Source: a virus (taxonomy: Duplodnaviria > Caudoviricetes). From it: a stretch of DNA of 61,711 nucleotides. The stretch spans positions 1 to 61,711 of IMG/VR virus record IMGVR_UViG_3300048836_000712; one strand, written 5' to 3'. Positions 16,012-25,499 of this stretch are shown here, one piece after another. The translations under genes were made by a program, and so were the position numbers. The notes beneath the pieces are model-generated. The model searched no databases. It was given only the letters and a program-made list of their open reading frames with translations, and was not told the origin of the DNA. Each line of letters begins with the position of its first letter. The first letter of the stretch is position 1.

Positions 16012-18904
16012 AGCCAATACCATCGAGCAGATGGTCATCGACGCCTGTGTGTCGTTAGGTTGGCGCTATTCCCCCGCGCCGGCGCTTCCACGTCAAACAT
16101 CGGAGGTGTTCGTCGAATCGCTGCTGCGCGCCTCGCTCATCAAGCTCAACCCCGAGATCGCCGCCCAACCTGACAGAGCCGATGAGGTGATCTACAAGCT
16201 GCGGGCGATCCTGCTGACGGTGCAGAACGATGGAGTGGTTCGTTCCAACGAAGCCCTTTCCGAGTGGCTGCAGGGGGACAAGACGATGCCGTTCGGCCCG
16301 AACGGTGAGCATACAGCAGTTCGTTTGATCGACTTCGAGAACCCTGCGAACAACGACTTGGTCGTCTGCAATCAATGGACTTACCAAGTGGGCCTGCTCT
16401 CCAAGAGGTTCGACGTGGTGTTGCTGGTCAACGGCCTGCCGATCGTGATTGGTGAGGCTAAGACGCCCGTTCGTCCTGCGGTCACTTGGGTCGATGGGGC
16501 CGCGCAAGTTCATGACGACTATGAACAAAGCGTGCCGGGGATGTTCGTGCCGAATGTTTTTAGCTTCGCCACCGAAGGAAAGGCGTTCCGCTATGGCTCG
16601 GTGCGTATGCCAATCGACATCTGGGGCCCGTGGCGCGACGCCGACAACCAGCAAGAAGGTTCGCTGTCGGACGTGCGAAAGTCGGTCGCCAGCATGTTCC
16701 GCCCGGAGGTAGTGCTCGACATCCTCCAGAATTTCACCTTGTTCGCGACAGACAAGAAGCACCGCCGGATAAAGACAATCTGCCGCTATCAGCAGTACGA
16801 GGGCACGAATCTAATCGTTCAGCGCGTGGTGCAATCGAAGATCAAGAAGGGTCTGATCTGGCATTTTCAAGGTTCTGGCAAGTCGCTGCTGATGGTCTTC
16901 ACGGCGCAGAAGCTGCGGATGCATCCGGCGCTTGGGAACCCGACGGTGATGATCGTCGTGGATCGAATCGACCTCGATACGCAAATCACTGCGACATTCA
17001 GTGCCGCCGATGTGCCAAACATGGTCAAGGCCGACAGCCGCGAGGCGCTGCAAACCTTGCTGGCCCAGGACGTGCGGAAAGTGGTCATCACCACGATCCA
17101 CAAGTTTGGCGAGGCCGAAGGCGTTCTGAACGACCGCAAGAACATCATCGTGCTGGTGGACGAGGCCCACCGCACCCAGGAAGGCGACCTGGGCCGCAAG
17201 ATGCGCACGGCCTTGCCGAACGCGTTTCTCTTCGGCTTGACCGGAACGCCGATCAACCGCGCCGACAAAAATACTTTCTGGGCGTTCGGGGCCGATGAAG
17301 ACGAGAAGGGCTACTTGAGCCGCTACACGTTTCAGGAGTCGATTCGCGACAAGGCGACATTGCCGCTGCACTTCGAGTCGCCTGAGATCAAGCTCAAGAT
17401 CGACAAAGCGGCCATCGACGAAGCGTACAAACAGATCACGGATAACCTAAGCGAGCAGGACCGCGATGACCTGGCTAAGCGGGCCGCCAAGATGGCAGTG
17501 CTCGTCAAGTCGCCCGAGCGGGTACGGGGCGTTGTGCAGCACATCGTCAATCACTATCAGTCCAAGGTGGAGCCGAACGGCTTCAAGGCCCAAGTGGTGA
17601 CCTTCGACCGCGAATGCTGCGTGATGTACAAAGCCGCGATGGACGAAATGACGGGCGACCCGGAGTGTAGCGCCATTGTGATGCACGTCACACAGGGAGA
17701 TCCGGCCGAGTGGAAAGTACACGGCCGCGACAAGGATTCCGAGGAAAAACTGCTTGACCGGTTCCGCGATCCTGGCGACCCGCTGAAATATCTGATCGTC
17801 ACCTCGAAACTGCTTACCGGGTTCGACGCCCCAATTCTGCAGGCGATGTATCTCGATAAGCCGATGAGAGATCACAACCTGTTGCAAGCCATCTGTCGCA
17901 CGAACCGCCCCTACCCGAACAAGACTCACGGCTTGATCGTCGATTACATCGGCATTTTTGATGATGTGGCCCAGGCGCTCGACTTTGACGAAAAGGCGGT
18001 CCAGCAGGTCATTACGAATCTGGACGATGTGAAAAAGGAACTGCCGAAGCAGGTCGTCGCGTGCCTCGCGTTCTTTCCGGGCGTCGACCGCACCGTGGGC
18101 GGCTACGAGGGACTTATCGCGGCGCAGGACTGTCTGCCGAACAATGAAAAACGGGATGCGTTCGCAGCCGCCTACTCAGTTCTGGGGCGCATTTGGGAGG
18201 CGTTATCGCCGGACGTATGCCTATCGCCTTACGAAACCGACTATCGCTGGCTGACGCAGGTGTACGAATCGGTGAAGCCGCCCAGCGGGAACGGCAAGCT
18301 GCTATGGCATGTTCTCGGTGCCAAGACCATTGAATTGATCCATCGAAACACGCACTTGGACACCATCCGCGACGATCTTGAAACCCTGGTAATGGATGCC
18401 GAAGTATTGGAAAGCGTCCTCGGTGTGCCAGATCCCGACAAGAAGGGCAAGACGCTGGAGATCAATTTGGTCGCCCGTCTTCGCAAGCACGGCAAGGACC
18501 CGAAGTTCGTCGCCCTGGGCGAACGACTGGAGAAGATCAAAGAGAAGCACGAGCAGGGGCTTCTCGACAGCAAGGAGTTTCTGAAACAGCTTCTCGAATT
18601 GGCGCGTGACGTGGTCGAGGCCGAGAAAAAGGTCGACCCCGTTGAAGAGCAGGACAAAGCAAAGGCGGCGCTGACGGAGCTTTTCCAGCAGGTGAAGAAT
18701 GCCGAGACGCCGGTGATCGTTGAACGGATCGTGGCGGACATCGACGAGATCGTGCGGATGGTACGGTTCCCTGGTTGGCAGCAAACCACCGCTGGCGAAC
18801 GCGAAGTGCAGAAGGCCCTCAGGAAAACGCTGCTAAAATACCACTTGCACAAGGACCAGGAACTGTTCGACCGGGCGTATGGGTATATTCGTCAGTACTA
18901 CTAA
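16001..18904 (+). CDS. hsdR: Type I restriction endonuclease subunit
   Basis: FDVVLLVNGLPIVIGEAK, HFQGSGKS, DEAHR and TGFDAP. Confidence 0.95.
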   Translation: MFTEANTIEQMVIDACVSLGWRYSPAPALPRQTSEVFVESLLRASLIKLNPEIAAQPDRADEVIYKLRAILLTVQNDGVVRSNEALSEWLQGDKTMPFGPNGEHTAVRLIDFENPANNDLVVCNQWTYQVGLLSKRFDVVLLVNGLPIVIGEAKTPVRPAVTWVDGAAQVHDDYEQSVPGMFVPNVFSFATEGKAFRYGSVRMPIDIWGPWRDADNQQEGSLSDVRKSVASMFRPEVVLDILQNFTLFATDKKHRRIKTICRYQQYEGTNLIVQRVVQSKIKKGLIWHFQGSGKSLLMVFTAQKLRMHPALGNPTVMIVVDRIDLDTQITATFSAADVPNMVKADSREALQTLLAQDVRKVVITTIHKFGEAEGVLNDRKNIIVLVDEAHRTQEGDLGRKMRTALPNAFLFGLTGTPINRADKNTFWAFGADEDEKGYLSRYTFQESIRDKATLPLHFESPEIKLKIDKAAIDEAYKQITDNLSEQDRDDLAKRAAKMAVLVKSPERVRGVVQHIVNHYQSKVEPNGFKAQVVTFDRECCVMYKAAMDEMTGDPECSAIVMHVTQGDPAEWKVHGRDKDSEEKLLDRFRDPGDPLKYLIVTSKLLTGFDAPILQAMYLDKPMRDHNLLQAICRTNRPYPNKTHGLIVDYIGIFDDVAQALDFDEKAVQQVITNLDDVKKELPKQVVACLAFFPGVDRTVGGYEGLIAAQDCLPNNEKRDAFAAAYSVLGRIWEALSPDVCLSPYETDYRWLTQVYESVKPPSGNGKLLWHVLGAKTIELIHRNTHLDTIRDDLETLVMDAEVLESVLGVPDPDKKGKTLEINLVARLRKHGKDPKFVALGERLEKIKEKHEQGLLDSKEFLKQLLELARDVVEAEKKVDPVEEQDKAKAALTELFQQVKNAETPVIVERIVADIDEIVRMVRFPGWQQTTAGEREVQKALRKTLLKYHLHKDQELFDRAYGYIRQYY

Positions 18905-18935
18905 TCTCGATATGCAGCTTTGAAGTTTCCACCGC

Positions 18936-19754
18936 GTGCCGACATCCACCCCTCAACTCCGTCGCAAGATCGCAGCGCGATATCGCCGCTGCCCAATAGA
19001 TTGTCCAATCTATTTGGACACGGTCATTGAATCGCTGAGTGACTTCTTTGCCGTGTTTCACTCGTTGCTTGAGCCAGGCAAGGTGTTTTGGTTTCGAGGG
19101 CATTCAAAGCGAGAATACGAGCTCTGCCCCTCAGCATTGCGTCATGCCGATGGAAAGAAACGAGAGGCCGCTCTGGGCTTAATTGCCGACATGAAGCGGT
19201 TTCTTGAGATGAAACTTCCGCGTCCGCCAGCCGTCGACGATCACCTCGGTTGGATGCAGGTTGCCCAGCACTACGGGCTACCAACGCGCTTGCTCGATTG
19301 GACTCAGAATGCGGCAGTAGCTTTGTTCTTCGCGTGCTGCTCAAACGACGACACGGATGGTTTGGTTGTGATTCTGAATCCGATTGAATTGAATCAGCGA
19401 GTGGACCCGCGTCTGCCACGAGTGTTTAACGCGCAAAAGGATGCAGGGATTATCGCCCCTTACCTCACACTCGACGGGAACACTGTTCGACGAGGAGGGA
19501 AGCATACCATCGGGATCAACCCCACATGGAATACGGAACGGATCGCAATGCAACAAGGTGCGTTTACATTGCACGGTTCACGAACGTTTGCACTATGTCG
19601 CAAGCAGGCGAGCTCCCTTCTGTATGTGCCTATTCTGCGAGAGTTCAAGGGCGCGTTGCTTAACGAGCTGGGGCGAGTGGGAATAGGGGAAATGTTTATC
19701 TTCCCGGAGCCAGAGCATGTGTGCTCACACCTCAAGCGCACCGCACGACTGTGA
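18936..19754 (+). CDS. FRG domain protein
   Basis: WFRGHS, QHYGLPTRLLDWT and RIAMQQGAF; start position uncertain. Confidence 0.88.
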   Translation: MPTSTPQLRRKIAARYRRCPIDCPIYLDTVIESLSDFFAVFHSLLEPGKVFWFRGHSKREYELCPSALRHADGKKREAALGLIADMKRFLEMKLPRPPAVDDHLGWMQVAQHYGLPTRLLDWTQNAAVALFFACCSNDDTDGLVVILNPIELNQRVDPRLPRVFNAQKDAGIIAPYLTLDGNTVRRGGKHTIGINPTWNTERIAMQQGAFTLHGSRTFALCRKQASSLLYVPILREFKGALLNELGRVGIGEMFIFPEPEHVCSHLKRTARL

Positions 19755-19763
19755 AAGAAACCT

Positions 19764-20936
19764 ATGGCCAGCCACATCCCGTTTGTTACAAGTGATGACG
19801 GTATTCAACTCGTGTCAAAGGTCTACGCTGATTCGGAGTTTGTTCGAATCGCACTCGACCGAGCTGATAAGTTCGTTCCACAGATCCCTTCCGGCGTGAA
19901 GCTTTGGTTAGACCCATGCACTGACGGCATGGATGACCTGGCCAAGCGTCAGAAGCCGGGAAAGAAGAATCCTTGGTTCGACTACCTAAATGCATTCCCG
20001 CATTTCCAGAAGATCGCTTCTGTATCGTACCACGCCAAGCCCGTTGCCGCAGAAGTAAATGCATTCGTCAAGGCGGTCCTCGACAAGTGCGCGACTTACA
20101 AGCCGTCGTTGATCACACTTCCACAGTTGCCGGTGATTGGAGATACGTCGAGAAATAAGGTCAACAAGATGCTTGCCACGGCTGCAGGCAAATGGAAGGC
20201 AACGTCCGGCTTTCATGGAAGCCTAATTCTGCCTTTAGTGTTCACGCACCAAAAACAGATCAATGGCAAGACGGCCCGCAATCCCAAAGTAGTGCAGGCA
20301 GAACGATGCTACATTGATTCTGGCGCGGATGGATTCTGGGTTGTCGATGCGGATCTGAAGGATGAAAGCGGCTCAGGTACCCTGATGAGCAAGCGCTTTC
20401 CCGGCGTGATCGGAATGCACGAAGAGCTAAATGCGAAGATCACGTCTCGATTGCGAATTGCTGGACCGTATTGGGGACTCAACCTTGTATTGTGGGCTAA
20501 AGGTCTGATTGATTACCCAGCAATTGGAATCGGTGGCGGCTATCAATACTTCCTTTCCGGCTCACTCCACGGAAGCGTTCCGTCAGCGAGACTCGCGCTA
20601 CCACCCTTGCGGCGGCGGGCTGTCGCCGACCCGTCACTAGAGAAGTGGCTGGATGCGGCAATTGCACGTCTGTCGGCGTCACATCCTGCGCATTCCGACT
20701 TCGCAAGGATCAAAGCTCGCTTTTCGCTTCTCTCTGCAAACGCACGTGAACAGGTTGCACGCTTCTACAAGAGCTGGTTCGATTCGATTTCGGCAATACC
20801 GACGGCCGGACGGTCACTGGCTCTCTTTCAGGATCTTTCAGCAGCATATGCTCTCGGTAAGCCGCTGCCCGATCTCGAAGACGCTGTGCGCCGGCCGGAG
20901 GCTGTTGCCGAGCCTCTAATGCTCAGTTGTCTTTGA
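19764..20936 (+). CDS. Hypothetical protein, possibly TIM-barrel-like
   Basis: 390-aa ORF directly after the FRG gene; fold guessed only from the alternating beta/alpha pattern. Confidence 0.6.
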   Translation: MASHIPFVTSDDGIQLVSKVYADSEFVRIALDRADKFVPQIPSGVKLWLDPCTDGMDDLAKRQKPGKKNPWFDYLNAFPHFQKIASVSYHAKPVAAEVNAFVKAVLDKCATYKPSLITLPQLPVIGDTSRNKVNKMLATAAGKWKATSGFHGSLILPLVFTHQKQINGKTARNPKVVQAERCYIDSGADGFWVVDADLKDESGSGTLMSKRFPGVIGMHEELNAKITSRLRIAGPYWGLNLVLWAKGLIDYPAIGIGGGYQYFLSGSLHGSVPSARLALPPLRRRAVADPSLEKWLDAAIARLSASHPAHSDFARIKARFSLLSANAREQVARFYKSWFDSISAIPTAGRSLALFQDLSAAYALGKPLPDLEDAVRRPEAVAEPLMLSCL

Positions 20937-21609
20937 GCCGGGTGCGCCAGAACTTTTCGACGGCGTACAGCTGAAGTGCCTGGTCGAACATTGCGTCGCT
21001 GGCACGGGCAGCGATCAGGGGAGTGCAGGTCCGTTTGGTAACGCTTAGCAAGCCAATTCCAGCGTCGAAATAGTGTTGCCAGCGTTGAGCAGTAGCAACT
21101 ATCCGGCTCGCAATGGCGGATGGAAATGCTACGTATGACTCTGCACCCAAGCCAAGATTGTTCATCGCCTGTTGCATCGCCTCTTCAATCCGCGCCAACT
21201 TCAATTCAACGGCGACGAGCCTCTCTTGCAGCGGCATCCATCCGTTGACCTTCTGGAGTCGACCACCTCTTGAGCGAACTACGAAGCGATCGGCAACAAG
21301 GCGGTGAAGCTCTCGTTCGATTGTGTCCTCCGAGAGCACCGGGGAGCAATCGTGAACTAGCTTGTCCGCAGTCGTGGACTTGCGCGTTTCGATGTCTGGA
21401 ACTTGCAGTAGTAGAATTGCACGCGTGATCGAGCTCACGGGCTTGGTCTGACGCAGTTGAAGTCGATGTTCAACGCGGTCCTGATTGAAGCTCAGTGCTA
21501 CGAGGTCGCACACCCCCCACGGCGTGATGAACTCCCGCTTCACGCGCAGATCGGCTGCTTTGAGCCATCGGCTCACCGCCGGAGCCATTTCTGATTCGCG
21601 AAGAAACAT
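20923..21609 (-). CDS. PD-(D/E)xK nuclease-like protein with wHTH insert
   Basis: RESEM...GVCDLV...AVELK...QQA...SYVAFP. Confidence 0.65.
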   Translation of the reverse strand: MFLRESEMAPAVSRWLKAADLRVKREFITPWGVCDLVALSFNQDRVEHRLQLRQTKPVSSITRAILLLQVPDIETRKSTTADKLVHDCSPVLSEDTIERELHRLVADRFVVRSRGGRLQKVNGWMPLQERLVAVELKLARIEEAMQQAMNNLGLGAESYVAFPSAIASRIVATAQRWQHYFDAGIGLLSVTKRTCTPLIAARASDAMFDQALQLYAVEKFWRTRLKDN

Positions 21610-21675
21610 CCCACCACACCCGATCGCTGCTGGAAGACAACATCTCAATGGACATTATATCGGTCCTGCAGCCAG

Positions 21676-22431
21676 CTAGCCATCACCCATCTTAGGGTTC
21701 GCTAGCTGCCAGCTATCGAGAACTGTGAAGCTGGCCTCGGATGCCTTCGTCGCCACCCACGGCGTGCGGTGGTTTGCCCGATACCACTCGGGCGTTCGAC
21801 CGTTCTCGCCGAGGTCATAGCCGATGTTTTGAATTCGGCTGAGGACCGGAAAGACCTCGCGGCGGGTGCGGCGGTAGTGCTGTTTGAACTGGCAGGTGAA
21901 GCACTTCTTGTTGCGGGTACACCAGTTGGCGATCAGCCAGACGAGTCGGCGACGATCCACAGCCCAGCCCCAGGGCGACCAGATTGGCCGCGTTTGGCAA
22001 GTGTGGCTTTGTTCTGGGCGAGGCTCCGTCTTCGGCTTGTTGTAGCCCGACGCCAGGAGGATCTGGTGCCCATCAGACGACTTCACGTCGGGGATCAGCA
22101 GGTCGCGAACTGCCCAGTCGAAATATCGCAGTGCGTCTGGGCTGGGCACCGTGTCGTCTTCCAGGTGGACGACTACATCGGGTCGAAGCTGGAACGCCCG
22201 GAATAGCGCGTCGTGCGTGTTCTTGTTCAGCCCGAGGCGATTCCGGTTGACCAGCAACCGCGACTCGCAGGCGCTCCAATTGCGGAAAGACCCGATCACC
22301 TCGTCGTGGCCGGGCTCGACGTTCGGAAGCAGAATCCAGTCGGCGATGCCGTCGCACTTGGACAGCGCATCGAGCACCTCGCTGGTGTAGGCGGGCCGGC
22401 GATAGGCGGTCATGGTGATCACGCGGAGCAT
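21676..22431 (-). CDS. GT-A fold glycosyltransferase
   Basis: TAYRRPAYT, HLEDD, SPWGWA and SRIQNIG. Confidence 0.8.
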   Translation of the reverse strand: MLRVITMTAYRRPAYTSEVLDALSKCDGIADWILLPNVEPGHDEVIGSFRNWSACESRLLVNRNRLGLNKNTHDALFRAFQLRPDVVVHLEDDTVPSPDALRYFDWAVRDLLIPDVKSSDGHQILLASGYNKPKTEPRPEQSHTCQTRPIWSPWGWAVDRRRLVWLIANWCTRNKKCFTCQFKQHYRRTRREVFPVLSRIQNIGYDLGENGRTPEWYRANHRTPWVATKASEASFTVLDSWQLANPKMGDG

Positions 22432-23048
22432 AGTGGTTCATCCTTGTGAATGTAGATGGCATCCTGGTGCGTCGCATGGCGGTTGTATTCGGCCACGCGC
22501 TTGTATCCGCTCTCGATGAGGAAGGCGTCGAGTTCGCGAGGATCGCACCAGCCTTCCGCAGGCCGGTGACCCGCGCGGCGCTCTTCCAGGTTGATCCACC
22601 GCACCCGCCCTGACGCCAAGAAATGCGGCCCGCTACGAAACGCTGCGAGTTCGCTGCCTTCGATGTCGATCCACAGCAGAATGCGGTCGGGCTGGCCCAT
22701 CTGCTCGTCGAAGCGGTCGAGTGTCCAGACCTTCACTTCGCACGTCTTGTTGGCATACGGCACCGGGAACAGGCTGCAACATTTGAGATCGTGAGTCGGC
22801 ACATGCAGCGTCGTGGTGCCTTCGACTTCGCCGATCGCCACTTGAGCCAGCGGGCCGGGGAACTTGGCCTTCACCAGCTGAGCGTGCTGCACCGGATGCG
22901 GCTCACATCCGAAGATGCGCATCGCCGGGAACTTGGCCGCGAGCGTCTGCCATTCGGTTTTCATGCCTACGCCGATGTCGTACATGGCGTCAGGCGTGCC
23001 GCGAATGAAGCGGGAGATATAGGTCTCATTGAGCGCTTGAATGTTCAT
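22419..23048 (-). CDS. FkbM-family methyltransferase
   Basis: YDIGVG, GCEPHP, TLDRF and WIDIEGSE. Confidence 0.85.
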   Translation of the reverse strand: MNIQALNETYISRFIRGTPDAMYDIGVGMKTEWQTLAAKFPAMRIFGCEPHPVQHAQLVKAKFPGPLAQVAIGEVEGTTTLHVPTHDLKCCSLFPVPYANKTCEVKVWTLDRFDEQMGQPDRILLWIDIEGSELAAFRSGPHFLASGRVRWINLEERRAGHRPAEGWCDPRELDAFLIESGYKRVAEYNRHATHQDAIYIHKDEPLCSA

Positions 23049-23766
23049 GGGATTCCTCCATCTGCGTGGGCGAAGCGGCGGCGTGCAGCGCGAGCCAATC
23101 GTGGGACCAGCGAGGCGTGATCGTGGAAGCGCGGCCAGAGGCGATGCGGCCGAGACGTTCGTATCCGTCCTTGCCGAGCGCCGAGATGTGGTGCGAATGA
23201 GCCGTGTACCAGCGATAGACGTAGCTCGGGCGTGGGTCGTGCTGGATCGGATTAGCACGGCGAAGCTTGGCGTCCTTGAACCGCCGCAGTAGCCCCTGAT
23301 CCTGGCCGCTCTGAATGAAGGGATAGCCGCAGACGCGGTCGAATGCCTCGCGACGGAATGCCCATGCGCCGTGGAAGAGATACTGGTTGCCCTTCCGCTC
23401 CAAGCGATTTCGCTTATCGCTGTAGATAACGGTGGGGATCGTGTAATCGGCGTCGGCCAGCGCGGCGGCTGCGGCGCTCATGTGCCAGGGGAGATAAATG
23501 TCGTCATCGTCCCACACGCAGTAGGCATCCACGTCGGCCGACACGAGCGCCGCCGAGGCGTTCCGCTTTTCTCCAAGCGTGCGGAAGCGAAGGGGCAGCG
23601 AAACGACGCGCCAGCCCTCGCCACGCTGGTTGCCATACTGCCCGGCGTCATCGAGCACGATCAATTCGCGCTGTTCCGCCGGGTAATCTTGGCGCACGAA
23701 GCACTCGATGGCCTCGGCCAGGAGCGTCGGGCGCTTATACGTGCAGCAGATCGCGGCGATCTTCAT
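23026..23766 (-). CDS. Glycosyltransferase family 2
   Basis: CCTYKRP, QDYP, IVLDD, LGEKRN and WDDDD. Confidence 0.88.
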   Translation of the reverse strand: MKIAAICCTYKRPTLLAEAIECFVRQDYPAEQRELIVLDDAGQYGNQRGEGWRVVSLPLRFRTLGEKRNASAALVSADVDAYCVWDDDDIYLPWHMSAAAAALADADYTIPTVIYSDKRNRLERKGNQYLFHGAWAFRREAFDRVCGYPFIQSGQDQGLLRRFKDAKLRRANPIQHDPRPSYVYRWYTAHSHHISALGKDGYERLGRIASGRASTITPRWSHDWLALHAAASPTQMEESHEHSSAQ

Positions 23767-24436
23767 GCGATTCTCCTTTAAGCCAGGCTTCGCAGGCCCG
23801 CATCAGGCGGCTGCGATGGGCAAGATGTGCGGACCAATTGCGGCCGTGGATGGAATGCGGCGCGGGCAACTCGGTGACGGGCAAGCGATGCACGCGGTTC
23901 AGGCGGCCGGTGTAGCGCATTGCGGTGTAGCTGAAGAGAATGTCTTCGCCGTTACCGTCGGGTCTGCCTTCGCGCTGGATCAACTCGAACTCGGGCGCAA
24001 CGTCGAAGAAGTCGGCGGCGTAGCGCCGCGACGCCACGAGTGCCCGCGTTAGCACCACGGGCACGTCGCCGTTGGCCACGTTCCGCGGGTCGTAGGAACC
24101 GTCGGCCTTGGGGCGACGCCCAAAGACGCCATGCAGCACGTCGGGGTCTTGCCGCCACGCGTCGTACAGGTCTCGCAGCGACTCGGCGGGCAATTCGAGA
24201 TCGTCGTCCTGGATTAGAACGCATTGGTTCCGCGCCAAGCACGCCGCAGCGAAGCGGGTATAAAGGCCCAAGTCTTGTTCGGCGTTGATCACCTTGGCCC
24301 AGTCGTGGCGGAACCGCTCGGCCGGGTTGTTGTTCCAGACGATGGCCTCGGTGACGATGCCGCCGGCGCGCCAACCATCAATGATGCGGGCGACGTTCGC
24401 CGGGCGTTTCCAATTGAGAATGACAGCGGTGATCAT
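23735..24436 (-). CDS. GT-A glycosyltransferase (GT2/GT64-like)
   Basis: ILNWKRP, IVWNN, RF, QDDD and NGEDILFS. Confidence 0.8.
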   Translation of the reverse strand: MITAVILNWKRPANVARIIDGWRAGGIVTEAIVWNNNPAERFRHDWAKVINAEQDLGLYTRFAAACLARNQCVLIQDDDLELPAESLRDLYDAWRQDPDVLHGVFGRRPKADGSYDPRNVANGDVPVVLTRALVASRRYAADFFDVAPEFELIQREGRPDGNGEDILFSYTAMRYTGRLNRVHRLPVTELPAPHSIHGRNWSAHLAHRSRLMRACEAWLKGESHEDRRDLLHV

Positions 24437-25485
24437 GCGGCGGCCCTCCGTTCAATGGCCAGTAAATCAAACAGGCGTTGCCAGCCCGCCCAGATCACGT
24501 CGGGGCTGGCGAGTTCATTGACGAGCCGCTCGCGGGCGGCGTGGACGATCCGAATCCGCAGGTCTTCGTCATAGGCGAGCATGGCGGTGTAGTGGGCTAA
24601 CTCTTCGTCGCACTTGCCGAGGAACCCCGTGACGCCGTGCTGAATCATTTCGCGCCAGCCCCATTCGTTCTGGGTGACGACCGGCACCCCCATCGCCATC
24701 GCCTCCAGGCCGACGCGGGGCCAGTTCTCGCGAGCGCCGCCATTGACCGGCAACGTGCAATGCAACTGGCGGAAGAAGTCCTGCGCCGTGATCGCCATCG
24801 GCTTGAGGCAGTCGGACCACGCCGGCGCTTTGCCGAGCTTGGCGTGCGTCTTCTCATCCATGCCGAGCATCAAGGCACGCTTGGGGCGATACTGGATGCG
24901 TTCGTAAATCGGCCAGGTGTTGCTCGACCACTTATCCCCATCGGGCCGGGCGGCGCGGCCGACGACGAAGGCTTCGCCAGGAGCATGCGGTCGCGGGTAG
25001 AAGGGCCATTCGTCGGCGTCAAACGCGCCGCGGATCAAATGCCCCTGCGCCGGCTGGTAGCCGAACTCGGCCAGCTGCGGTTCGAGCTGCCCGCGCTGAA
25101 AGTCGCTCTGGAACACGAAGGCGTCGAACGGTCCGCAACTGCGATAGAAGTCCCGTTCGGCGTTGAACAGCCAGGTCATGCAGTTGACCCACACCATGCG
25201 GCAGCCCAGTTCGCGCAGCCGCTTGGCGTTGGCCAGGAAAGCACTGTTGCAGAAGCTGACGACCGTACCGCCGGCCAGTCCAGACACCTGCTCCAGCGTC
25301 TCAGCGGTCGCCGCATGGGTGACGCAGCCGAGCGCATCGAGCCGGGTCTTCCATTTCTCGTCGGCACCCCATGTCGGGATGAGGTGGACCTCGACGCCGA
25401 AGCGCCGCCAGATCTTCACCGTGTGCCAGGCCTCGGTGCAGGCCCCACCGAGATCACCCGGATAGCCCATCAAAAACACTTTCAT
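24433..25485 (-). CDS. GT-B (GT4-like) glycosyltransferase
   Basis: ENWPRVGLEAMAMGVPVV...EMIQHGVTGFL. Confidence 0.88.
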   Translation of the reverse strand: MKVFLMGYPGDLGGACTEAWHTVKIWRRFGVEVHLIPTWGADEKWKTRLDALGCVTHAATAETLEQVSGLAGGTVVSFCNSAFLANAKRLRELGCRMVWVNCMTWLFNAERDFYRSCGPFDAFVFQSDFQRGQLEPQLAEFGYQPAQGHLIRGAFDADEWPFYPRPHAPGEAFVVGRAARPDGDKWSSNTWPIYERIQYRPKRALMLGMDEKTHAKLGKAPAWSDCLKPMAITAQDFFRQLHCTLPVNGGARENWPRVGLEAMAMGVPVVTQNEWGWREMIQHGVTGFLGKCDEELAHYTAMLAYDEDLRIRIVHAARERLVNELASPDVIWAGWQRLFDLLAIERRAAA

Positions 25486-25499
25486 CGAACGGTTGCTCC

